Shown here in pieces: positions 28,879 through 38,661 of a stretch of DNA of 64,000 bases. The notes beneath the pieces are model-generated. The model saw only the letters and a program-made list of their open reading frames with translations, was not told the origin of the DNA and ran no database searches. The DNA comes from Candidatus Aminicenantales bacterium (GTDB taxonomy: Bacteria; Acidobacteriota; Aminicenantia; Aminicenantales; UBA4085), in the NCBI GenBank assembly GCA_049515535.1, contig JBEKTZ010000010.1, positions 62,001-126,000 on the forward strand, written 5' to 3'. The position numbers were made by a program, and so were the translations under genes. Each line of letters begins with the position of its first letter. Positions within the stretch are counted from its first letter, which is position 1.

Positions 28879-28890
28879 TGTGACGTCAGA

Positions 28891-29217
28891 TCAGAACCGG
28901 CGTCCGCCGCCGAATCCGCCTCGTCCGCCGCCGCCCGGCCGGCCGCCGCCGAATCCGCCGTCACGGGGTCTGTCCGTGCGGGGCTTGGCTTCGTTGGCCG
29001 TCAGGTTGCGACCTTTGAGGTCTTTCCCGTTCATGCCGGCGATGGCCTTCTCGGCCTCTTCCTTGTTCGGCATCTCGACGAAGCCGAAACCGCGGGATTC
29101 ACCGGTGTACTTTTCCTTGATGATCGCCGCGCTCTGGACCGTTCCAAAAGCCGCAAAGGCCTCTTTGAGGTCGGCTTCGGTGACGTCCCTGGAAATGTTG
29201 CCTACATAAATATTCAT
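28891..29217 (-). CDS. RRM RNA-binding protein with Gly-rich tail
   Basis: RNP2 IYVGNI, RNP1 RGFGFVEM and RGG-like tail. AAAGGAG RBS. Confidence 0.95.
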   Translation of the reverse strand: MNIYVGNISRDVTEADLKEAFAAFGTVQSAAIIKEKYTGESRGFGFVEMPNKEEAEKAIAGMNGKDLKGRNLTANEAKPRTDRPRDGGFGGGRPGGGGRGGFGGGRRF

Positions 29218-29351
29218 ACTCGTCTCCTTTGACGCGGGTTCAACCGGGGGAGGCAAATCCCCCGATTCCCCATAAAAATGTGACCGTAATAAAGGAGAGG
29301 AGTATGTGACCGATCAGGGCCCGTGCCCCTTCCTTTATCCGTTCCATATAT

Positions 29352-29380
29352 ATAGTAGCATAAATACATATACTTAGCAA
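29352..29380 (-). promoter_or_regulatory. Sigma70-type promoter of the RRM gene
   Basis: TTGCTA-N17-TACTAT with extended -10 TG. It predicts a ~128-nt 5' UTR. Confidence 0.6.
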
Positions 29381-29415
29381 TCAAAAATTTGGAAAAGCGC
29401 CCGTTTATCGGCGCC

Positions 29416-30597
29416 TCAATCGGGCCACAGGGATTGGCCGGGATCCGGCATGAACCGCCGGGTCCGGGCCTCCTCGATCATCTGGGCGACGAGGAGGTTC
29501 CAGCTGATGAAGTCGGGCGCGGCCAACGGAGCGCCGCTGTCCGCGTGATAATTTTCGTGCATCATCCCGTTTCGGGCCAGATCCTCCAGGCAAAGCCGGG
29601 TGACCTTACCGGCCGTTTCGAGGGCGGCGTCCGGATAGCCGTAATGAATGAGCGCGTGCATGACCATCCAGTTCGCGTGCGGCCAGATCGGGCCCTGCCA
29701 ATTGGAATAAGGCTTGATCACATTCTCATTGTTGTAGAGGGGCTCGTCCGCCGCCAGAGAACGGACGCCGTGCCGGGACCAGAGCTTGCCGGGATCGAGC
29801 ACATAGCGCTCGATCATGGCCTTCGCCCTATCTTTCGGGGCCAGCCTCGCCCATAACGGCACCTGATTGCTATACGTGACGCACCGGATGAGCGCCTGAT
29901 CGACGGCGTCATAATTATAATAGGTGGCGTCGGCGACGTCCCAGAGATACCGGTTGACCGCGTCGCTCAGACGGCGCGCCCGCGCGGCGAAAGCGTCGAC
30001 CTCATCGCGTTTTCCGATCCGGCCGGCGGCGAGCGCCATGGCCCGGTAATCGAGGACCATGAAGGCGTTGACATCGGCTCCGGCGACGCTGTTGTGGTAG
30101 CGACGGACAAGGGCGGGATTGTTGTCGGCCCCCGATTCCAGGCTGTCCCACCATTTGACGAGTCCCGTCCTGGGATCGGTCATTTTCCGCTCTCGATACG
30201 TGACGCAGGCTTTCATCTTATCCCAGACCGGCTCGATCCAGCCGAAGTCCTCGAGCGCCAAAGACGCATAGTAGGCCGCCTGTCCCATGAGCGGCTTGAT
30301 GTGGTAAAGACGGGCATCGCGCCCGGCCCAGGGCCGTATTCCCCCCGGCGTCTGGCCGTCCGGCTCCGTGTGGTGAAGAAAATTCAGACACCAGTTTTTG
30401 AGGTAAATCCCGTCGGCTTTGTCCGCCGAGATGAGATGAAGGCCGACGAAAAAAGCGTCCCAATCCCACTGTTCCTCGTAAACCCCGTTCGGCACGATAT
30501 AGTCATAAGGGAGGACGCCGCTGGCCCGGCGGATGACCCGGCTTTTAAGGGGTCCGATTTCTTTTTGAGCTGCCTCGGAAAGTTGGTCGAGGGTCAT
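29416..30597 (-). CDS. Trehalase/GH63-like (alpha/alpha)6 glycoside hydrolase
   Basis: QWDWDAFF, ESGADNNP, NWQGPIW and HENY..SG motifs. Confidence 0.8.
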   Translation of the reverse strand: MTLDQLSEAAQKEIGPLKSRVIRRASGVLPYDYIVPNGVYEEQWDWDAFFVGLHLISADKADGIYLKNWCLNFLHHTEPDGQTPGGIRPWAGRDARLYHIKPLMGQAAYYASLALEDFGWIEPVWDKMKACVTYRERKMTDPRTGLVKWWDSLESGADNNPALVRRYHNSVAGADVNAFMVLDYRAMALAAGRIGKRDEVDAFAARARRLSDAVNRYLWDVADATYYNYDAVDQALIRCVTYSNQVPLWARLAPKDRAKAMIERYVLDPGKLWSRHGVRSLAADEPLYNNENVIKPYSNWQGPIWPHANWMVMHALIHYGYPDAALETAGKVTRLCLEDLARNGMMHENYHADSGAPLAAPDFISWNLLVAQMIEEARTRRFMPDPGQSLWPD

Positions 30598-30655
30598 GGC
30601 GGGTTGGACCTCCGGCTTATCATATCAGGCCCCGTTCCTCATCGCATCTGATTTT

Positions 30656-31396
30656 TTATTTCCTCAGCGACGCTTTGGAAAAAAGGGATTCCGGGATGGC
30701 CGTGTCGAACTCGATGGACACGACCTTGAATTCGGTCCCCCCGCCCTGTTTCAGGGCGTCGCGGAAGATGACGCGCTCGGCCACCCAGCGTTCGCCGACG
30801 CGGATCGCGGACTGGACGGCGACATCCTTGAGCAGCTTGCCGCTTTTGGCGTAGCGCTCCTCCTTCAGGACGAGGAAGCGCTCCTTGTCCACCCAGCTCT
30901 TGCGGCTTTGGTAGGCGGCCTCCCCCGTCCTCGAAGTCATTTCGATGATCCAGCAGTCGCGGCCGCCGACCGCCTCCTGGCCCGCGACCTTGGCCTCGTA
31001 GGCCGTGCGCAGCCGACGGTCTTCCATCATGTCCTCGTAGGACAGGTCCGATCCCATCACGGACTGCCGGAGCATATGCCCCGAAATGCTGATGATCCGG
31101 TCCGTGTCGGGCGAATACGTCCACAGCTGGTCGCCCAGCTTGAGCATTTTTGTCCCCTGCTCGCGCGGCGGATCGAGATATTCACTGAAGGCCTTTTCCT
31201 GGCCCTGGATCCAGGATTTGGAACGAAGGGTGCGGCTGTCGCGCCGGCCGTGGATGGTCATCTCGCTGATCAGGATCTTGTTTCCGGGCACGGCGTTGGC
31301 GTCGACGCGGTCGAGGATCGAATCGGCCGACGGGGTCGGCGCCTGGGCCACGGCCAGGGCGGCCGCCGTCGCGAGAGCGAGAATGAGTCTTTTCAT
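30656..31396 (-). CDS. Outer-membrane lipoprotein-sorting (LolA-like) protein
   Basis: Signal peptide, P.REQGTKMLK...LWTYSP, MGSDLSYED and IPESLFS. Confidence 0.8.
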   Translation of the reverse strand: MKRLILALATAAALAVAQAPTPSADSILDRVDANAVPGNKILISEMTIHGRRDSRTLRSKSWIQGQEKAFSEYLDPPREQGTKMLKLGDQLWTYSPDTDRIISISGHMLRQSVMGSDLSYEDMMEDRRLRTAYEAKVAGQEAVGGRDCWIIEMTSRTGEAAYQSRKSWVDKERFLVLKEERYAKSGKLLKDVAVQSAIRVGERWVAERVIFRDALKQGGGTEFKVVSIEFDTAIPESLFSKASLRK

Positions 31397-32667
31397 GATT
31401 CCAGCTCCTTGAACAGGCTGGCGGTCTGCCTCTTGTAGATGGCCCGGCCGGCGATGGCCGAGCCGACGAGCGTGGCCACGAGACCGGGGATGAAGCCGAT
31501 GACGTAGCTGAAGGGCGTGACCTTGGACCGGATTACCGTTGGCATCAGGAAGCTGACGTTTTTGAGCATGCCGCTGAGGTCGATGCCCTTGGCTTGCAGA
31601 TAATAGGACAGTCCCAATCCGAGAACCGTTCCGGCGATCGAGCCCAGCACTCCGATCATCAGCGCTTCCACGATCATGGACCGGTAGACGCGGCTTTTAT
31701 CCTCACCGATGGCCAGGCGGACCCCGAATTCCCCATAACGGCGGAGGGTCCCGAGGAGGCCGGCGTTCCAGAGGACGAGAGACATGGACAGGAGGAAGAT
31801 GCCGACGATGAGGAACGTGACATACGCCAGCTGCCGGAACAAATAGTCCATCCCCGGCTGGTCGCGCAGCGTTTGGATCACGGGCCTGAACTCGTCCATC
31901 CCCTCCCCGAAGCGGGCCTGGAAAACCTGGGCCAAACCGGCCGCTTTCTCCTGGTTATAAAACCCATCCTGGAAAAATCCCAAAATTTCCCCCGCCGCGT
32001 CCGGCATGTCCAGCGCTTTTTGGACGTCGGCCAGGTCGGCGATGGCCGCCATCCGGTCCATGGCCTGGATACCGAAACGGATCGTGCCGGAGATGACGAA
32101 ATTCTCCAGGGCCATGCTGCCGTGCATCGTCGTTCCGATGAGCGTGGCTTTGTCACCCGGATTGACTTTTAATTTTTCGGCCAGGCCCTCGCTGATCAAC
32201 ATATCGCCCGGCTTTTCCGGGAGCCGGCCGCGGACGAGGATTCGGTCCAGGCCGAGGAGCTCCCGTTCCGGGCCGGACGGCGCGCGCAATTCGACAGCGA
32301 GGCCGGCAATAGGGGCCTGGGCCCGCGTTTCGCCCTTTTCGTCGGGAACGTCGAGAAGCCCGCCGTATTCGATCCGCGGCGTCCAGATCATGCCGGGGAA
32401 GGCGGAGCACAGCTGGACGGTCAATGCCGATACGCCGGTCAGGGCCAGGTCGTTGGGGAGCTGTTCGATGTCCCGGGCGTAGGCAGCGGTCAGCACCCGG
32501 ACGTGGCCGAAGCCCAGGTTGGCGTTGGATCGGACAACGTCGATCTCGGCGCCCCTGAGGTAGCCATAGAGCGCGACCGAGAGGAAAACCCCCACCGTGA
32601 CGATCAGGAAGGGAAAGAGGCTCCGGGTCCGATCGCGGAGGATGCCTTTGAGCAGGAACTTCATCAT
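31393..32667 (-). CDS. FtsX/LolE-like ABC permease
   Basis: 4-TM MacB/FtsX topology and RR.GEFGVRLAIG. Confidence 0.85.
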   Translation of the reverse strand: MMKFLLKGILRDRTRSLFPFLIVTVGVFLSVALYGYLRGAEIDVVRSNANLGFGHVRVLTAAYARDIEQLPNDLALTGVSALTVQLCSAFPGMIWTPRIEYGGLLDVPDEKGETRAQAPIAGLAVELRAPSGPERELLGLDRILVRGRLPEKPGDMLISEGLAEKLKVNPGDKATLIGTTMHGSMALENFVISGTIRFGIQAMDRMAAIADLADVQKALDMPDAAGEILGFFQDGFYNQEKAAGLAQVFQARFGEGMDEFRPVIQTLRDQPGMDYLFRQLAYVTFLIVGIFLLSMSLVLWNAGLLGTLRRYGEFGVRLAIGEDKSRVYRSMIVEALMIGVLGSIAGTVLGLGLSYYLQAKGIDLSGMLKNVSFLMPTVIRSKVTPFSYVIGFIPGLVATLVGSAIAGRAIYKRQTASLFKELES

Positions 32668-33839
32668 GTGAGTTTCCCCCGCAGGGCTTCGGTCGGCTTG
32701 AGCCGCGAGATCCGCCGGGTCGGAATGAAGCTGACGATCGTGGTGATCAGAAAAACAAGGACCGTCGTGCCGAGCACCAGCCCGGCACTATAAGTGGGGT
32801 ACAGTTTCTCGCTCAAAGCGAACCCGAAACTGTCCCCCATTTTCGTGCCCATGGCAAGGCCGCTGGCGGCGAAGTAGGCCAGGAGAGGGATCCCGTAGAC
32901 CGCGCCGATCAGGGCGGCGAAGACCCCGTTCAAGGCGCCCTCCAGCGTGAACAGGGCGATGACCCTGCCGCGGAGGAAACCCAAGGCCATCATCGTCCCA
33001 ATCTCGCGACGCCGCCGCCAAATCGACAAGAGCTGGGTGTTAAAAATGGCCAGCATGGCCAGGAAGAGAAGGATGGCGTAGAAAATGGAGGCTCCGATCG
33101 TCTTGCCCTTGACGAAGTTCTTGATGTCAATGAGTAGGTCATCGAGCCCTTTATAAGTCCAGCCGGGAGCCGAGAGCGACGGGCCGGCGTCCCGGGCGGT
33201 CACGACAATCGTGGCCTGTCCGGGCATGGCCGCCATCTTCCGCAAGGTCTCGAGCGAAAGCCAGATCTGGCCGTCGTCGATCGATTGGACGGTAGTCGAC
33301 ATGACTTCGACGATGGCGATATCCTGGGCGTCGAACGTGCCTTTGGCATCGCGCCAGCGGGCGGTCACGACATCGCCTTTTTTCAAGCCCGCCGAGCGGG
33401 CCATGCGCGTGCCGATCAAGCCCGGAATCTCTTGGTCGACCAGCTTCAAGACGGCCGAGGGGATAGACAGGAGCGTCTGGGCGGGGTCGATACCTTTAAG
33501 AAGCACCGAGCGGATGCGCCCGTTGGGATAGATCGTACCGGGAACCAGAAGAACGGGCGTGGCTTGGCCGGCGTCGATCCTGGATTGGAGCGGCCCGGGG
33601 ACGGCGGCGTGGGCGTCCTGGAAGGAAAACGGGTCGAAGGGGTCGTAGGCGTTCATCCAATATTGCCCCCCGCCGTATTCCGCGGCGACCATGGCGTGCG
33701 AGGCCTCGACGTCGAGCCCGAGGTAGAGCCCCTGGACACAGATAATGACGACGAAGGCCATGGACAGGACGGCCGCGTTCAACCATGTTTTGGTCCCGGC
33801 GCCCAACATGTTGCGGATGGCAAGCTTGGGAATGATCAT
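32664..33839 (-). CDS. FtsX/LolC-like ABC permease
   Basis: RRREIGTMMALG and PTRRISRLKPTEALR. Confidence 0.85.
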   Translation of the reverse strand: MIIPKLAIRNMLGAGTKTWLNAAVLSMAFVVIICVQGLYLGLDVEASHAMVAAEYGGGQYWMNAYDPFDPFSFQDAHAAVPGPLQSRIDAGQATPVLLVPGTIYPNGRIRSVLLKGIDPAQTLLSIPSAVLKLVDQEIPGLIGTRMARSAGLKKGDVVTARWRDAKGTFDAQDIAIVEVMSTTVQSIDDGQIWLSLETLRKMAAMPGQATIVVTARDAGPSLSAPGWTYKGLDDLLIDIKNFVKGKTIGASIFYAILLFLAMLAIFNTQLLSIWRRRREIGTMMALGFLRGRVIALFTLEGALNGVFAALIGAVYGIPLLAYFAASGLAMGTKMGDSFGFALSEKLYPTYSAGLVLGTTVLVFLITTIVSFIPTRRISRLKPTEALRGKLT

Positions 33840-33848
33840 GGCTCCCTC

Positions 33849-34556
33849 CTAGCGCCCGGCGATCGCCTCGTCCCCGGCCACCCGGCCGTCGACCAGAGTG
33901 ATCTTGCGTCTCAAGTGGTGGATGACCTTGTCGTCGTGGGTGGAAAACAGGAATGTCGTGCCCAGGTCGCGGTTGATGGCCTCCATCGTCTGCAGGATGT
34001 TGTGCGAGTTCTCCGCGTCCAGGTTGGCCGTCGGTTCATCGGCCAGGACGAGCTCGGGTTTCTTGACCACGGCCCGGGCGATGGCCACCCGCTGGCTCTG
34101 GCCGCCCGAGAGCTGGGCCGGCCGCGATTTGGCCCGGTCGGTGAGATGGACCCAGTCCAGGGCGTCGAAGATCGCCTTGCGGCGGGTCGCGGAGGCCAGG
34201 CCTAGGAGGAGGAGCGGGAATTCCACGTTCTCGTAGACGGTGTAGACGGGCAGGAGATTGAAGGTCTGGAAGATGAAGCCGATGTGGTGGTTGCGCAACT
34301 CGGCGGCCTGTCTGTGCCCGAGGGATTCGACCTTGCGGCCCAGGACCTCGGCGCTGCCGCTCGTCGGCGCGTCGAGCGAGCCGAGGATGTTGAGCAGGGT
34401 CGTCTTGCCTGAACCGCTGGGCCCGACCAAGCCAGCGAACTCGCCGCGGCCGAAGGCCAGGTTGACGTCGTCGAGGGCCGTGATCGACTGCTCGCCCATG
34501 GGATAGATTTTCGTCAGATGGGTTGTTCGGATGATGATGCCGTTGTCCGTCGTCAT
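33849..34556 (-). CDS. LolD-like ABC ATP-binding protein
   Basis: GPSGSGKT, LSGGQ.QRVAIARA and LADEPTANLD. Confidence 0.92.
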   Translation of the reverse strand: MTTDNGIIIRTTHLTKIYPMGEQSITALDDVNLAFGRGEFAGLVGPSGSGKTTLLNILGSLDAPTSGSAEVLGRKVESLGHRQAAELRNHHIGFIFQTFNLLPVYTVYENVEFPLLLLGLASATRRKAIFDALDWVHLTDRAKSRPAQLSGGQSQRVAIARAVVKKPELVLADEPTANLDAENSHNILQTMEAINRDLGTTFLFSTHDDKVIHHLRRKITLVDGRVAGDEAIAGR

Positions 34557-34568
34557 GGGGACCTCTCT

Positions 34569-35720
34569 CTAGTGGTTGAAGACTATGGTCAGCTGAACGC
34601 CCTTGCCGGCGAAGAGGCTCGCGCCCGGCCGGCCGGGAAATATTTGATATTGATCCGGGTTCCAGAACCCGATGACGTAGAAGCTCCAGCGGTCGTAGGT
34701 CCGCCGCCAAGTCAGGAGGCGGTACCAGTCCTGGGTCGAGCCCGCATAGAAGACCATGCCGCTCAGCCGATCGAGCAGGCCGAGCGGATAGTCGAGCGTC
34801 AGCCCGGTGAAGTCCCGGGAGTCGCCGCTTCCCCAAGCGTCTGCGGCGACTGCGGCTTGGAGATGCTCGGCCAGGACATGCAGTCCATTACCCAGACTGA
34901 ACGTGTAGTCCAAGCCGACGGTGAGGGTTCTTTGATAGCGCAGAGGAAAGACGGCATAGCCCTGGCGGGACAGCACGGCCTCGATCCACAGGCCGACGCC
35001 GAGGTCCCATTTGCCGTCGAACCCGAGCCGGTCCTCGGGCGGGTTCGTCCGCTCGCCGGGCGGAAGCGCGGCGCCGCCGTTCGCAGCGTCGATCGTGCGA
35101 TGGTGGTAGGACAGGGCGACTTCGCCGGCCGGCACGGGAACCTGAACCCGCCCGCCGAATTCGGGCGCGGTTTTTTTTGTCCCGACCGTCTCCCAGCCCT
35201 TGGGATCGCCGTTGCCGTAAAGCCCCCATATCCAGATGTTGGCGTTGCCGGCGAAGGTATATTTAAGGAGGAGCCCGTAGACGCCGTCGGTGAGCTGGAG
35301 CGGATCATTGGGATCGAGGCGGTCGAACCACATCAACGGACGCAGGAGCATGGCCGAGCCGAAGTTGATTTTCTGAAGGCCGAGGCGGGCTTCGAACCGA
35401 TCCGAGGCCAGGCGGACCCACATCCGGTAGGGCCTCACCTCACCGCTCGTCTCCAAGCCCGAAAATGAAGCGCCGCGGGCGGATCCATAGGCGTTGACCG
35501 AGACTTCGGAATCGAGGGCCCAACCCCGGCCCAGATCGAGCTTCAGGGAAAACGCGGGGATATAGCGCAACCCGAACCCGCTTTCCGCGGAAGGCGCATC
35601 ATGATAGGCCAGCCATCCGGAAAGCTGGCCGCGGACGTCGGCGTCCTGGCAGATTCCCGGCATCGGCCGGGCCAGGGCCATCGCCCAAATGAGGAGGAAT
35701 CCCATGACCTTGAGTTTCAT
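34569..35720 (-). CDS. Putative outer-membrane beta-barrel protein
   Basis: Signal peptide, GLQKINFG...DPLQLTDGV and aromatic beta-strand pattern. First gene of the Lol-like operon. Confidence 0.6.
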   Translation of the reverse strand: MKLKVMGFLLIWAMALARPMPGICQDADVRGQLSGWLAYHDAPSAESGFGLRYIPAFSLKLDLGRGWALDSEVSVNAYGSARGASFSGLETSGEVRPYRMWVRLASDRFEARLGLQKINFGSAMLLRPLMWFDRLDPNDPLQLTDGVYGLLLKYTFAGNANIWIWGLYGNGDPKGWETVGTKKTAPEFGGRVQVPVPAGEVALSYHHRTIDAANGGAALPPGERTNPPEDRLGFDGKWDLGVGLWIEAVLSRQGYAVFPLRYQRTLTVGLDYTFSLGNGLHVLAEHLQAAVAADAWGSGDSRDFTGLTLDYPLGLLDRLSGMVFYAGSTQDWYRLLTWRRTYDRWSFYVIGFWNPDQYQIFPGRPGASLFAGKGVQLTIVFNH

Positions 35721-35847
35721 GGATCATCTCTTTTTTATCGATCATTCTTCGAATAACGCCGGCCTCATTGTCGCATCGGTCTTCAGGATAAAAGCCGAAC
35801 GCGCAAGAGGTCAGGATAGCGCAACACGTTTTATTTCGCAACCCGCT

Positions 35848-38328
35848 TCACGCGGCGCGTCCGGGACGTCCGGGTTTCATCTCGGAGATTTTCACTTTCG
35901 GCACCAGGGCCACGCTCTCTTTCTTGACCGTCAGTTCGCGGCCGAGCGTGAACGAGGCCTTTTGGCGGATGTCCCGGGACGACGCTCCGATCCTCACTTC
36001 GTAGGCTCCGGCTTCAGCCATCCACGCAGAGCGGGCGCCGTCGAAGGACGCCAGACTACGGCCGTCGAGGACGAACGTCAGCGTCTGCGTCTCGCCCGGC
36101 TGAAGCAGCTTCGTCTTGGCGAAGCCCTTCAATTCCAGGGCGGGCTTGGCGAGTTTCGCGGCCGGCGCGGCCACGTAGAGCTCGACGATTTCCTTGCCGG
36201 GAACCGTGCCGGCATTTTTGACGTCCACGGACGCCGTCATTTTTCCCTTGAACGTCGGCGAGCTCAATTTCAGGTTGCTGTAAGCGAAATTCGTATAAGA
36301 CAGACCATAGCCGAATTCGTAGGCCGGCTTCACGCCGAACGACTCGTAGAAGCGATACCCTACATAGATTCCGTCTTCGTAGGTCACGACCGCGGCCCTT
36401 CGGACAGAGGGCCCGCCGCCTCTCTGACCTTGGCCTGGTCCCTGTCCCTGCGCTTGACCTTGCGCTTGGGGCGGGGCCGGCGCTGCGCCCGCCGCCGGAT
36501 CGGCCGGGACTTCCTTGCCGGGGAAGCTCTTCGCCGACGGCACGTCGTCGTAGCTCATGGGGATCGTGGTGGCCAGCTTGCCGGACGGATTGACTTTGCC
36601 GCTGAGAATGTCGGCCACGGCGTTGCCGATTTCCTGGCCGGCCAGCCAGGAGAGCAAAATGGCGTCGGGTTGGTCCCGCCAGGAGGCGACTTCGACGACT
36701 CCGCCGACATTCAGCACGACAATCGCCTTTTTTTTCTTGGCCTGGAAGGCTGTCGAGACCCGCTGGACGAGTTCGCGCTCCACGGCCGTAAGCTTGAAAT
36801 CGCCTTCCACGTTGGTCCGGTCGCGGCCTTCGCCCGAGATCCGGCCGATGGTGACGACGGCCGCATCGGCAACCGCGGAGAGGTTCTCGATCAACTCGGA
36901 ATTCAAGACCATTTCCGCCGTCGGCCTCGAACCGCCCATGAATCCGCGCTGGGGCTGCGGACGGACTTCGCGCATGGCCTTCAGATAGGCCGTGTACAGG
37001 GCTTGCAGTCCTTCATGCACGGCGTATCCCGCGGTTTGCAGGCCCTCGGCGATCGAAACGCGATAGGCTTTGTTGACGTCGCCGCTTCCGGTCCCTCCGG
37101 TGACGGTCTCGTAGGCGGCATTCCCGAACGCCGCGATTTTTTTCGTTTCCTTGGCCAGGGGGAGCGCGGCGTCGGCGTTTTTCAGGAGGATCATCCCTTC
37201 GGTCGCCGCCTCGCGGGCAACCTGGGCATGGGCTTTAAGGTCGGGTTGGTTTGAATAGGCGTAGGCTTTGAACCGGGGGCTCCGAACGAGGATGTTCAGG
37301 ATTTTTTCGACGTTCCGATCGAGCGCTTTGACGTCGAGCTTCCCCTCCCGCACGCCTTTGACGATGGCCTGGACCTGGTTGGGATTGCCGGGCATGAGCA
37401 GGTCGTTGCCGGCGATCATTTGGGCGATGGGGTCCTTGCCCCCGCCCCAGTCGGTCATGACGAAGCCCTTGAAGCCCCAGTCGTTGCGCAGGATCTTCGT
37501 CAGGAGGTCGGCGCTCTCCGACGTATAGACGCCGTTGATCATGTTGTAGGACGACATCACCGTCCAGGGCTGCGCCTCCTCGACGGCGATCCGGAATCCT
37601 TCGAGATAGATTTCGCGCAGCGCCCGCTCGCTCACGATCGTATCAAGCGAGGTCCGATTCGTCTCGGCGTTGTTGGCCGCGAAATGCTTGATCGAACTCC
37701 CGACGCCGCAGGACTGGATGCCGTTCACCATGGCCGCCGCAATTTTCCCGGTCACGAACGGGTCCTCGGAATAATATTCGAAGTTCCGCCCGCAGAGAAG
37801 ATTGCGATGGTTGTTCATCGCCGGGCCCAGGATGATATCGACGCCGTATTCATGGACCTCATCGCCCACCGCCTGTCCGACCTTGGCGACCAGGTCGATG
37901 TTCCAGGTAGAAGCCATCAGGGTGGCCATAGGGAACGCCGTGCAGTAGTACGTGGTCTTCTCGTTTTCACGAGTTGGACTGATTCTCAATCCGGCGGGGC
38001 CGTCGGCCAGCACCATCGGCGTTATGCCCAGACGCTGAAGGGTGAATGATGTGCCGGCGGCGCCTTGAACCAGCGGCTTGGATTGTGGCGCGGCGCGAGG
38101 CGCGGGCGTGGCGGCTCCGGCGGCCGTGGGAGGCCCCGACATTCTCGCGCTCACGCCGACAACGAGGGCCGCCTTTTCCTCGAGCGTCATGGCCGCGATG
38201 ACGTTTTTGATAGACGATTTGCCCAGCTGCGGAGCGTTGGAGTTCTGGGCCTGGGTGGGAACGAGGGCCGCGGATATGAAAAGCAGACAGAGGGCCGCAG
38301 CGAGAACAGTCCTTTTCAAATGGATCAT
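35848..38328 (-). CDS. GH3 beta-glucosidase (secreted)
   Basis: ADGPAGLR, GRNFEYYSEDP, KHFAAN, nucleophile VMTDW and FnIII-like C-terminus. Confidence 0.93.
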   Translation of the reverse strand: MIHLKRTVLAAALCLLFISAALVPTQAQNSNAPQLGKSSIKNVIAAMTLEEKAALVVGVSARMSGPPTAAGAATPAPRAAPQSKPLVQGAAGTSFTLQRLGITPMVLADGPAGLRISPTRENEKTTYYCTAFPMATLMASTWNIDLVAKVGQAVGDEVHEYGVDIILGPAMNNHRNLLCGRNFEYYSEDPFVTGKIAAAMVNGIQSCGVGSSIKHFAANNAETNRTSLDTIVSERALREIYLEGFRIAVEEAQPWTVMSSYNMINGVYTSESADLLTKILRNDWGFKGFVMTDWGGGKDPIAQMIAGNDLLMPGNPNQVQAIVKGVREGKLDVKALDRNVEKILNILVRSPRFKAYAYSNQPDLKAHAQVAREAATEGMILLKNADAALPLAKETKKIAAFGNAAYETVTGGTGSGDVNKAYRVSIAEGLQTAGYAVHEGLQALYTAYLKAMREVRPQPQRGFMGGSRPTAEMVLNSELIENLSAVADAAVVTIGRISGEGRDRTNVEGDFKLTAVERELVQRVSTAFQAKKKKAIVVLNVGGVVEVASWRDQPDAILLSWLAGQEIGNAVADILSGKVNPSGKLATTIPMSYDDVPSAKSFPGKEVPADPAAGAAPAPPQAQGQAQGQGPGQGQRGGGPSVRRAAVVTYEDGIYVGYRFYESFGVKPAYEFGYGLSYTNFAYSNLKLSSPTFKGKMTASVDVKNAGTVPGKEIVELYVAAPAAKLAKPALELKGFAKTKLLQPGETQTLTFVLDGRSLASFDGARSAWMAEAGAYEVRIGASSRDIRQKASFTLGRELTVKKESVALVPKVKISEMKPGRPGRAA

Positions 38329-38608
38329 GGCATCCTCCTATTTAAGTTGACCTGCCCCTGTTCATTGTACCACCAGTGAAGTGAAAGTTCGATTCCCCTC
38401 CTTAATAATGGAAAGGGGGGCAGGAAAGAGGAAGCTCCTTTTTCGCGCCGCGTCTCTTCCCCCGGCTCAAAGCTCTGCGTCCCAACCGCTCTTTTCGAAA
38501 AATCATTACGCCGGCCGTAGATGATGTCAAGAAATCCGGATTCTCCGAAATTAAATGGAGACACAATACCTGATCCCCAATTCCCCTATTTTCTCCAGTG
38601 AATGCTCA

Positions 38609-38637
38609 TTGACAGCCTGCCTGGGCCTGATTATAGT
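38609..38637 (+). promoter_or_regulatory. Sigma70-type promoter of the acyltransferase
   Basis: TTGACA-N17-TATAGT. Confidence 0.7.
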
Positions 38638-38661
38638 TAGTCAATCCTGAAAAAATAAGAT

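Noticed and set aside
36410..36500. Gln/Gly-rich low-complexity insert in the GH3 enzyme
   Set aside because: It is an in-frame flexible loop with no nucleotide-level tandem repeat or intein motifs.
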